From positions 496,001 through 560,000 of the forward strand of contig BCIN01000009.1 of assembly GCA_039545335.1 (NCBI GenBank): a stretch of DNA of 64,000 bases, written 5' to 3'. Position numbers and translations under genes: made by a program. The DNA comes from Kondoa subrosea (Eukaryota). Below, in pieces: positions 51,968 through 62,846 of the stretch (its first letter is position 1; every line of letters starts with the position of its first letter). The notes under the pieces were generated by a model. The model worked only from the letters and a program-made list of their open reading frames with translations, was not told the DNA's origin and did no database searches.

Positions 51968-52919
51968 CTATTCTTCCTCTACCCATCTATCTGCTAAATC
52001 ACCCAGCACCGGTATCTTGTATCGAACGAGATCATGTCCATCTTCGTAAGCTTTGAATCTGTCATTCCCGAGGCAGACTGGATCAGCACAAGACTGAAAC
52101 AATCAACCAAGGACTGACGAAAGGTACGCTAACGAGCCGATGTCGAAGAAGAAGAGCAGCCAACTAAAGAATCGAGACCTGTGCTCCCGACAATCGCAAT
52201 AAGTCACTATAGACTTGATTGCTCGACTTGGACGTACCAAAGCAAGAGAATATGCAGTATCCCCAACGCGGAACAATACAGGAGTGATTGATACTGTAAC
52301 AAACCAACGTCCTGCTATCAGACTAGTCTGATTTTGCAAGGGCGTGGTTCATACCGCATGAAATCGCACATATGCGCAGTGCGTTTCCAATATCAGCAGA
52401 ATAAAAGCTGAGGCACTAGTCAGCCTGATAATAGATCATCTCAAGATAGAAGACTTACCTAATACAGGTCCTCCAGCATAGGCGGCCAGACTGCGGTTGA
52501 TCACAGATGAGCTGAGCAAACGAGATTTTTGCTAGCTGATCGAAATCTCACCTTTCTAGATCCACTCTCCATCCAAACCTTTACAATCAATCAGTTCCAA
52601 CTCGTTCTTCCTCCATTATTGGGACGAACCTCGTCTCATACGCTTCCGGTCCATGATTCTGAGACTCTATGTTCTGATAACTGTTCCCTATCCCCGAAGT
52701 AGAAGAAGAAGCATGCGTTCCATCTAAATTATCCACATTGCCTCCTGCTTGATAACTTGAAGATGCCTGATTACTGCTTGAAGAAGGAGCAAACCAATTG
52801 GTCTTCTTGCTCTTCGTTGTTGCGTTTAAGGGAGGTGAGGATGGTGGAGAAGCGTAGGCTGTTACAGGGATGAGTTCAGAACAGGAATAGAGGGATCAGA
52901 ACTTACGTGCGAAATTCAT
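51968..52919 (-). CDS. UPF0132/DUF4870-like membrane protein
   Basis: Disordered N-terminus, YETRF, AAYAGGPV, AFILLILETH...VRFHA, FFSWLLFFFDIGSLAYLS, FKAYEDGHDLVRYKIPVLGDLADRWVEEE*. Confidence 0.72.
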
Positions 52920-53370
52920 GATGTTACTGCAGGGGAACTGTTTGGGCAAGCTTGCAGAGAGACGATAGAAGTCGAATGAGATGCCTAAGCTGTGTTGCAG
53001 ATGCTATTCAGGCGGAAGAAGGTGCTCGTTTCGGTGACAGCAATCTTGGTCAAGTTTCTTCGAGAACCGCCAACAGACAGATACCCAGGCCATGCTAGTA
53101 ATATACCAGGCCTCGCTATACCAGCTCGATATGCTATGAGAGAGGCTATGCGCTGGATTGACAGCACCTTTGCACTGAACTTTGCCTAAAGTGGATGGAA
53201 TAACACTCAAATGCGACTCTCCATTGTAAAGCTTGATCTCTACGCTACATCGATGCCATACCTTGTGATCCAGCTATCATCGTATTTCATCCCTTTGTCT
53301 CGCTTGCCGTTTCAGCATTTCAAGCAACTCGAATATTCCATCTCCTCTTTTCTTTCTTATCCTCTTCAAC

Positions 53371-54078
53371 ATGCTTCAGATAACTCCTGCAACACCTCAT
53401 AGTCTCGGCGCTTCTCATTCGCATCTCGCCAATGCTGCATCGAAGACGCCGGTGACGGCAGGGCTCACGACTCCCAGCCCTTTGACCGCTGCTACATCAA
53501 AGAGTCATCCTTCATCCAGATTACCGTTGGCCAATGGTCGACATTATGACTATATCAGTGGCTTCATGGCTTTGGCATACGTGTACCAATTAAATCAAGC
53601 CATGACTGAGTTGGGCATGGGTTCCCTTTCATCAGACTTTCTGTCTATGATGACGTATGAAGTCCTATCTCGTCACGTCTACGCTGGGCCCGCCGAACTA
53701 AATACCGTATTAATGCGATCGCCTAACTTCCAGCTTTTCCGAGCCTTTGTTGTTTTGGTTTTCGACAGCGATAAAATCTTGACTGGTATGCTTGAAGTTG
53801 GCGAGATGTCGACCTGCAAGGATCTTCCAGAAGGAGAGTCGGACGGACACCGTCAGTTGTCATGTCTTATCATTTTGCCGAAAACTTATGGATTTCCTAT
53901 AGGTAACATGGCAGCCCGCATGATGCATTATCCACGCTTCCATCAGCCTATTTCACAACTGAATCCATACCCGGTGCTGTTCAATATGTATCGACAAGCT
54001 TTCTTACACATGCGGGAAGCCCCTCTTCCTCAACCAGCACAAGACAACCAGGCAGGCGCGGACCCATTGCACCGTTGA
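53371..54078 (+). CDS. Intronless orphan protein (235 aa)
   Basis: Single ORF with a T/S/P-rich N-terminus and a globular-looking core; no family recognised. Confidence 0.55.
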   Translation: MLQITPATPHSLGASHSHLANAASKTPVTAGLTTPSPLTAATSKSHPSSRLPLANGRHYDYISGFMALAYVYQLNQAMTELGMGSLSSDFLSMMTYEVLSRHVYAGPAELNTVLMRSPNFQLFRAFVVLVFDSDKILTGMLEVGEMSTCKDLPEGESDGHRQLSCLIILPKTYGFPIGNMAARMMHYPRFHQPISQLNPYPVLFNMYRQAFLHMREAPLPQPAQDNQAGADPLHR

Positions 54079-54149
54079 ATGCTCTTACAGCTTACATAGA
54101 AGACGGCTATCCTGTACGTCAGCTCTGGGCGGCAACATTTCCCGAACCG

Positions 54150-54400
54150 TCTTCATTGCTCAATCAAACAATTGAGAAGATATTCAACCGTTTTGGCTTG
54201 AAAGCCAGTGTGAGCAAAGCCGCCCAATGTACAAAATGAGGCTCTAAGGGGTACGGGTCTACGGGGTACGGATTTGCACGGGCAGATCCTACATACTGTT
54301 CCATCTCGCATGGTCGAAAGACCAGCTTTCGGCCACAACCCTGAAAATTTCCGTAGGAATGTCCTACCTGCTGGTATCCACTGGTATACGAATACTCAAC
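54150..54400 (+). other. Hairpin-rich and G-tract non-coding segment (candidate structured RNA)
   Basis: Inverted repeats CTCAAT/ATTGAG, TGGCT/AGCCA, TGGTCGAAAG/CTTTCGGCCA and GTAGG/CCTAC; four G-tracts at 54248-54282. Confidence 0.35.
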
Positions 54401-54975
54401 GCGTTTATGAAGTTGCTTTGCTTAGTCTAGATGGCAAATAAGTTCTGATCGAATCGATCATCTCTTACTTGAAGTATCACTACTTTCTTTCCTTGGACAT
54501 AGCTCGATTAGATTATGCATTATCGTTACACTTCTTGATCAAACCACCGATCGTCTCACGCGATACTCGAGTCACTGCATGTCAATAAATCTGAAGTTCC
54601 TCTAGAACTACCGCCAGGCAGATCTCTTTCGTGTGCTGAATTTGCTGTAAGTTGTCTCGCGCTGTGCTCTTCCCTCGAAATCAGTCTCTCCGCGCTTGGT
54701 GCACCTCCGCTTTAAAAAATCTCGATCATGAAATCAACAAATCGTTATGCTCGGTGCTGCTGTAGCCTTCCGTAGAAGTTTGCGATGTTGTCATTCTTTC
54801 AGCGCTACTGTACTCTTTGTGCTACTTCCAGTCATGCATTGAACCTGCCTCGCAAGTTGGCAACGAGTTATCTGCCATTTTCAACTTCCTGAACAGCTAG
54901 CCTTTGCCCTCACCGAATCCAAATGCTGCCCTGTGCAAGATAGTCTGACTTATCGTTCTGACAGATATCTCAGAA

Positions 54976-56640
54976 ATGGACGACCTAGGCTTAGCTTCTT
55001 TGCTGTTGCACGCGGATGATAGCTATCACAATGAAGCAGCTGTGTCCGCTGCAATCTCGACCTCCACCACGTTTCGAATGCCCGAGAAGAGAGAAATACC
55101 AGTCAGTCTCTGTCCTATCTCAAGTAAAGCCTAGCTGAAGCATCACCAAAGCGCGAGGGAGACTCTGATGACGCTTTCAACCCTTTCAACCCTGATTTCC
55201 ATATTTATTCTCGGTATTCTCATCCTACTCTAGTAAGAGCGGAAGCGTTGGTCTCAGCAGCATGCGTACATGAATTGCCTTCTTGAGCTCGACTGAGCTG
55301 AAGATAAGCTGATTGTGTACAGAATGGTCCGGCTATTCTTTATCCTAGTGGACTGGCAGCTATAATGGCTGCTTTCATGCATTATAATCCAGCAGTAATA
55401 GCGATTGGCAAAGGTAAGTTTCCACAGTTGGATTACACTTCGATGTTCTAAACTAGTGGATAGGCTATCATGGCACTCATGGGACAATAGAAGTATTCAA
55501 GACTATTCGGAAAGATCTGGTCCGTCGTCTCATCTGATCAATCAATCAATCAAAGTAAACTGACACTTGATTGAATCAAGCAAGTCATTGGTCTTGACGA
55601 CGATTATACTTCACCTGAGACACTTTGTTGGCTAGAGACGCCAGTCAATCCACTAGGAACTTCGTTTGATATCTCTTACTGTTAGATTTACCTTCTCTGC
55701 CCCTCGGAATCTGTAATTGATGGACATGCAGACGCAGAGAAAGTACACAAAGTCGGAGGAAAGTTAGCTGTTGACTCTACGTTGGCTCCACCACCTCTAC
55801 AAGATCCGTTGGCTTGTGGAGCGGATATGGTCATGCATAGCGGGACAAAATACTTTGGCGGACATTCAGGTAGGTTTTTGTGGCTTTCTAGCTCCGTTAG
55901 TACAATTGTTCATTGCGAACTTAGATTTGCTGATGGGTATACTGGCGGTCAAGACGGAAGATGAGCGAAAGAAGGTGAGACGATGATTCTATGCAATGAC
56001 AGATATTGATGCAGATCTATAGCTATGGCACGTGCGAACATACTCTGGAACTGTACCTGGTTCGCTTGAGATCTGGCTACTAATGAGATCCATTAGGACT
56101 CTTACTGTCGTATGTCGAATATCTCCATCACGCTGGTCAAGCTAAAGGAATGCTCAGCGAGTACAAAAACAAGCTGAAACAGCTACTGCATTGGCAGCAT
56201 GGCTCAAAGCTGGTGAATTCCCTAATTGCAAACCAAACCTACTTGCAGACGTTTGGCATTCCTCTTTGCAAACTGAATTCAAATATCTTTATGGCGAACA
56301 GATCAAATCAGGTCCTGCTTGCTTCTGTATTGCGTTGGCTGATCCGGAGCATGCTAAAAAAGTCGGGAGGTTGACAAAATTGTGGATCCCTGCTACTTCT
56401 CTGGGAGGAGTTGAAAGTTTGCTTGAAAGGAGATTGGACTCTGACCCGGTTGGTCTTCTGCGCTATGCTATAATTTTGGCTGACAGGGAAAATAGGACGC
56501 TGACCCTCGTTGGATAAGGCTTTCTGTTGGACTGGAAGATTTGAAGGATTTGTTCGTTCAAGACTTACATTGGTCGTGTTTTCGCTGAGACCGCTTGCAG
56601 ACAAGCAGATCTTTTCCAAGCGTTCCAGCAGCTAGCATAA
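54976..56640 (+). CDS. Cys/Met metabolism PLP-dependent trans-sulfuration enzyme (cystathionine lyase/synthase family, YHR112C-like)
   Basis: LLHADD...ISTSTTFR, IYSRYSHP, YPSGLAA, WLETPVNP, VDSTLAPP, PLP lysine motif HSGTKYFGGHSD, ATSLGGVESLLE, IRLSVGLED. Confidence 0.9.
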
Positions 56641-56874
56641 AAGATTTCTATGTACCCCTGAATGTCGTATTCGGGCATGTCCGAAATGTGGTCATTTTCT
56701 CGAATGTCCGCGAAATGAATAAGATCCGCTTCTTGCTACTTGTACCTATCCTTGCCGGTGTTGTTCTGGGTTGCTGCGTTACCATAGCATATCATACCTC
56801 TCTGCTCTGCCCTTCACACAGCCTTTTCGGATTGCCAGATCTAGATACCTATTCAGAGAGCCATATTGTGAATC

Positions 56875-58376
56875 ATGGGCCAAGATTACTATGCATTGTG
56901 AGCTGCTGGTCGCTAAGAACTCGTTCAAAGCTTATCATATTGACAATTATCCAGACTCGGAGTCTCGTGAGCTGCTTTATGTCTTGGTAGTAATACATCT
57001 TAAGCTGATGTCTCGTATTATGCGTGCAGTAAAGATGCGTCAGACGAGGAAATCAAGAAGGGTTACAAGGTGAGTTCTCGATACTGTTGACTGCAGGACA
57101 TTAAGCTCATTGAGGTTTGTCCGACTGCAAGAAACAAGCATTAAAGCACCACCCAGATCGAAACAAAGGCAGTGAAGCAGCTTCAAAGAAGTTCAAAGAG
57201 GTTTCCGAAGCTTTCGAAGTACTCTCAGATTCGAATAAACGCGCGGTGTACGACCAATTTGGTGAGGCTGGGTTGAAAGGTGGTCCACCTCCTAGTGCAG
57301 GAGCTGGGGGAAATCCTTTTGCTGGTTTTTCTTCTGGTGGAGGAGCTCAAGGCTTTCCTGGCATGTTTGGCCAAGGCGCTGGCTCTTCGCGAGGTGGATT
57401 TCAAGCTTCGAATCCAAACGATATCTTTTCTCAGATATTCGGTCAAATGGGGGGAATGGGAGCAGGTGGTCCAGGAGGAGCTAGTTTCTCTTTTGGGGGA
57501 ATGCCAGGAATGGGTTCTCGAGGTGCTTCAGCTATGGACATGGATGATGATTCATTTGGCGGGTTTCCTGGTGCGATGCCTAGAAGACCTTCTTCAAGAC
57601 CTAGAGCACAATCTTTCAGCGATTCAGAAAGTCAAGCTACTAAAGTCACCAAACCTTTGGCATGCACATTGGAGGAATTGTACACTGGAACAACTAAGAA
57701 ATTGAAAATCAGGTGAGAGATGATACTATTCTGCATGTAGCCATGCTAACAGGTAATCATCCATCTCACAGTCGAACATTGCAAGATGGAAGCACAGAAC
57801 CCAAGATTATAGAAATTAGCGTAAAGCCTGGATGGAAAGCGGGAACGTAAGTCTTCCCCGTCTTGCTAGTCTTTGCACAAGTGCTAAGCCAATCTCACAG
57901 GAAAGTGACGTATCGTGGAGCTGGTAACGAAGAAATTTCGTCTTCCGGTAGAGTGTAAGCTTATACTTTCATACATCACAAGCCTTTCAGCTGATCATTT
58001 TGCATCTAGCCAATCGCAAGACATCGTTTTCGTAGTGGAAGAGAAAGCACACGATCGATTTACTCGAGATGGAGACGATCTGATTTACACCTTGAGAGTA
58101 CCGCTAGTGGACGCTCTGTGTGGACCTGAAGATTCATCAGCATCTAGGAAAAGCATTCAATCGCTGGATAAGAGGCTCATTCAAGTCACTATACCGTATC
58201 CGAGAGCTGGAGCAGGTGGACCGACATTGAAGCAAGGTCAAGAGATTAGAGTTTCGAACGAGGGAATGCCGAAGAAGGGAGGAGCGAAAGGTGTACTGAG
58301 AGTAAAGGTCGAGTTGGTCGTACCTAGTACTCTCAGTGCAGCGCAATCAAGAGGTCTAAGGGAATTGATGGGATAG
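56875..58376 (+). CDS. SIS1: Type II Hsp40 (DnaJB/Sis1-like)
   Basis: J domain with HPD, G/F- and G/M-rich region, [45 protein letters not shown]. Confidence 0.9.
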
Positions 58377-58455
58377 AAAGGTTCAAAGGGAACGAAAGGG
58401 AAAAAGAAATGTACTATAGCTGGTTTCTGCCATTCAATTCAATGCAATTAATAAT

Positions 58456-61441
58456 TCACTCAGCATCTACGACTACTTGAGCGACATGTCTAGAGACCGA
58501 CATCAGTTGATTACACAGGTAACCATCCAGCAAGCCTACCTCAATCTGATTTCTTGCCCGCTGTTCAATTCCTTCAAACTCATCTCGGATATGATGTGCA
58601 CACCCGGTTGAAGAGCTAAGAACCGTATTCGCACTGATTGGCATGTTCCAGGTGAAAGGGGGCCGATCCGCACATCGTTCTCTAAAGCAACGACACCAGC
58701 TGTACATTCGGATGAAGTGTAGACTTCTGCCTCATGGACCCGAAATCAGCTCAGACTTGTAGGAGACAGTTGATTTCACTAACGAGCGCTTCCTCCCTTT
58801 ATCTCTTTTGCTCTGCGGTGCGGTATACCGATAGTGAACCGTCTTTCTTCGCTTGAATGGTTCATGATAAACACTTCGAGCAAAAAGACGTCGAGAAGCT
58901 TGATGTGCGTAGTCTTCTTTTTGAGGTCTTCAACTGATGAGGACAGGCTTTCTTCCATTGTAGATGGCAATCGAGACATAGAAGAAGAGCTGGGGTTCTT
59001 AAACATGCCAATGCTTGCTACTTGAGGAGTGTTGTATGCGAAAGTAGCTGGTTGATCAGACGTGCTTTCCCTTCGCAAAGGCACAATGTCGATCGAGACC
59101 AACACGCCTGAAAAGTCTTCTTCCATTGCTTGCTGTTGCCATCGTTGACCTGAGCCGAGACGTACAGGCGGAGCGACTGATCGACGAATGGGAGCAGTGA
59201 AAGACGGTTCGCCATCCATCGATGAGCGATTTTGGGATAGTGGGACATTGTGTTGCACCGGTAAAGAAGTTTGTATAGGTTCTACGAAGTCGACAGATGG
59301 ACGAGAGGTATTATGAGGTGGAAAAGCAGGTGTAAAAAGAGGGGATTCTTCCGGCAAAGGTGAAGCATCATCTTCTGGGATTTGTTGCAGTTGTAGATTT
59401 TGCATAGCTGGAGCAGAAGCTGTCCTCCGCTCCAACGCACCCGCAAGCGAAGATGGTCGTGAAGGTCTTGAAGTCAAAGAATGGTCGCGCATACCAAGAG
59501 CGGATTGAGGTCGACTTGGAGCTTCGTTTGTATCGCTTTGACCAGCATTGCTGCTCGAATCGGACCATAGACTTGCTAGACCCGACAGCGTATAGCGTTT
59601 ATTTCCCGCGACCGCATCTGCTACGGGCACATCTTCTAGACCAGCCAACCAATCTTTAGATCCTCTTTTATTGCTCAGTACTGAATTAGGTCGAGAGTTC
59701 AATGACAAGCGATTTGCAGATTGTCCTAGAGAAGCTGAGGTTCTTTTACGTTCGTCTTGCTTGACCTTTTGGGATGAGAGGTCGATAGAGCAGTTCCAGC
59801 GAGATTCGAAAGTCGAAGTAAGATACTGCTTGTCATCTGCCACCTCTTGGATGGCTCGACCTTTGACAAGAACCCCAATCTCTTTCCTATAATCTGTTGG
59901 AAAAGACAGAGGTGGCATTAGTGGCACAGCTGATGTTTGAGAATCTCGAGGCGAGAAAAGTTGGCTAGGACTGCGCAAAGCGTCAATAGGAGTGGGCTGC
60001 GCAGTCTTGAATCTTGATTTGGATGCCTCAGACTGGTCTAATAGAAGATCTGCAGAATCAAGGGAGAAGAGGAAGTTGGTTTGCTCAGAGCCAGAAAGTC
60101 GTAGTGGAAAACCAGCGGATCCAAGTTCCAGTGGCTTCTTTCTTGAAGCCGATGTTCCAGATCCAGGTGTTATGCCCAAATCCAGCTCAACAGATATCAC
60201 TTCAAATGCTGAACTGCTAGCAGGATTGTTCTGCACCTCTACTGATACGGCGATTTCAGATCCCGATCCACTGTCACCAGCTGAGTCGCCGAGTGACGAT
60301 CGACTAGACGACAGCAGGTTGAGTTCTATTGTCCGCATTCGCACGTGCAAAGCTGAATTGGCTTTCAATACCGTTCTTTGGCTTTTGCGAATGATTGGCA
60401 TGCTTTCTGGTGCAACGGGAAGATGAGAGACTGAGTGCCGGACTCTGTGTGACTTGATTGAGAGATCTTGTGCTGGTCGAAGAGCACCAAAGCCAACTTG
60501 CGAAGTGATTGTTGCTGACGGCAAGCGAGAAGACGGGACGAAAGTCGTGGCTCCAATTAGAGCAGGAGCGAAGACAGGGTCTTGAGTAATGGCTCAGCGA
60601 GCACAATCGACGAGAGCAGAAAATGACTGACCTAGATCTAGGCCATCAAGTAAGTCAATTTCTTCCATAAAGGCATATTCTTCCTCTTCCACTCTCTTGT
60701 TTCTTTCTTTCGCGCTCGAGGCTCCGGCTTCAGGTCTCGGTAATGGTTTCTTGGCTGGAGAATTTGGCCTCGATTGAGCTCGAGCATACTCGCTTGGCGG
60801 AGGTGTTATAGGTCGTTTGAGAGGGACAGGCGGCAAAGAAGATCGCTTTCTAGGTGGAGCAGGAGGAGAGAAAGGCAAAAAGAGGTCCTCAAGCGATGGA
60901 TCCAAGCCTCGCTTAAACGTAGCTGTTGAGGTGATTGAAAGCAGTGGTTCCGAGACAGTCACCGAGGGGTAGGCTGCGGAAGGTTAGTATGAAGCGGAAA
61001 TTCAGAAGGCGTGGGAAACCTACAGATCTTGCTTGCAAATGTCCAGCTAGCTTTCCAGAAGCCTGACTCGGTTTGCTTGATTATCGCATCCCTACTCGCG
61101 CTAGCTGTCCAGGAGGATACCGTTTTGGCCGAGGCATACTGCTGATCTTCATCGTAGACGGGCTGCGGTATTGGCAAAGGAGTCGGCGGAACAACAAATG
61201 AGTTGGAAGCAGGCTGAGTCTTGACAGGATCAGCGATATAGCCCAATTCTGCTGAGACGAGCAATGCAGGAGAGGTCAGCAGACGTCTTGCTTGCTCTTC
61301 TGTTATAGCCTCTTGTAAGCACAGCGCGATATAGATTGTCAACTCTTCATCAAAGAACGTCGACCGCTTGCTCTGAGAAGTGGTATCTTTGCTTAAGGAT
61401 ATTGACAGCCGAGCGTTGGCTATGAGTGTATCTGCTTCCAT
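58456..61441 (-). CDS. TRAPP II subunit Trs65-domain protein
   Basis: RSTFFDEELTIYI N-terminus, FPLRLSGSEQTNFLF, SRWNCSIDL, LDVFLLEVFIMNHS, VALENDVRIGPLSPGTCQSVRIRFLAL; four introns. Confidence 0.78.
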
Positions 61442-61520
61442 CGTTGCATTGGAACAAAGTAATTATGCGAGAATACGCGATGCTCCCACCCCATTGTGCT
61501 ACCCAAGTGCAAACCTGTCT

Positions 61521-62726
61521 TCATTTTCCATAATACAAGATATCGTAATGACCCGGTCTGAGTAACAGCATACTCTCTTTGAAAACCAAAGGACCTTCTT
61601 GAACATTGATGACGTTCACTTCAGTCGTTCCCTGCATATCTGGACCTCCTGCTTCTTTCCCAGGCGATTGATCTAAGTAAGCTATTGAGAGTGAGACTTG
61701 AAGGGCTTGACAAAGAGCTTGGATCACTTGATTTCATTGTATCATAAGTCGGCTGATTTAAATTATTCGAAAGCAGCAAGAATACTCACTGAGGTGATCT
61801 GCGTCTCGGCCAATTGGTTCGATTAAATGCTGAGCGAACCGAACAGCTGAGGGCATTCCGGTCTCTGGATCTTTGATGCGCTCATCATCTTCATACGAGA
61901 AGAGGAAAGGGAAAAAGTCATCTGCTTTGCGGCGAACTTGAGCGGAAGTAATGAGACGTAGAAAGACGACTGTCGAATTAGAGAACTATTGCAAAAGTAT
62001 ATCAGTTGTGCGCGTACGGCAGCTACAGATTGTGTACGTACTTCCGCATCATTAAACGATTTCACCAAAGCAGGTTCGTCCAGACCGGAGGCGGACTTTA
62101 GCAAGTTGAAGAGGGGCTCAGAGAAGTCATTGCTATTGATAGAGTCAGATTCTTTCTGCTCCTGCAACAATGACACGTACAGGATGTCAGGGTCGAAGCC
62201 CGCCTGATTACGTAATCAGACTTATTCCATAATCAAGCTGCACGAAGCAGACCTACATCATGTAAATCTGGTGCTAAACCTTGCATCTGCGCTATTGCTG
62301 CTTGACAGGCTTGAGGACCAAGAGTTAAGAGAACTTCAGCATAGCGATAGGCGAAAGCTCTACTACGACCATGGATCAGCACCCAAATTTCATCAATGAG
62401 ACTTCCACAAACTAGAAGCAGTCGCCATCGCCTCGAAGTCTACGCATTTGCGTCCAACCCGTAGCTTGCATGAACCGAATCTTTCTGATAAAGGTTACAG
62501 ACTCCCCATCCTTGTACTCATTGAACAGCGCTTCTAGGTTTTCTCTCTCGCCTGACATTCCAATTCAACGGCACTTTGAAGTTTCTGTGGTTGCGAGCCT
62601 ACCTAATAATGGCTTCTTTTGAGATTCGTCGTCTTCTCTCCATTTGTTAGTTAGCTCAATGATCTGTTGATCGGTGAGGTCGGTCTCTTTAGCTAGTACT
62701 TGCACATCTTGAGATTGTTCTGCCAT
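61521..62726 (-). CDS. Otubain-family (peptidase C65) deubiquitinase
   Basis: The catalytic RRLRGDGDCFYRAFAY is split by an intron; IQALCQALQVSLSIAYLD and LLRPGHYDILY. Confidence 0.9.
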
Positions 62727-62846
62727 GATTCCTCGTGGTTTGGGACAAGCAGAAACCGTCACGTAATACAAAGGTAATGCGAGACCGAGCTCATCCACTG
62801 TTACATTCTAGATACATACATACATCCCTTGTGTACATACATATGT

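Noticed and set aside
54270..54300. TTTGCACGGG similar to the fungal U4 snRNA start; hammerhead ribozyme also considered
   Set aside because: The downstream U4 features do not follow, and no CTGANGA/GAAA hammerhead core was found.
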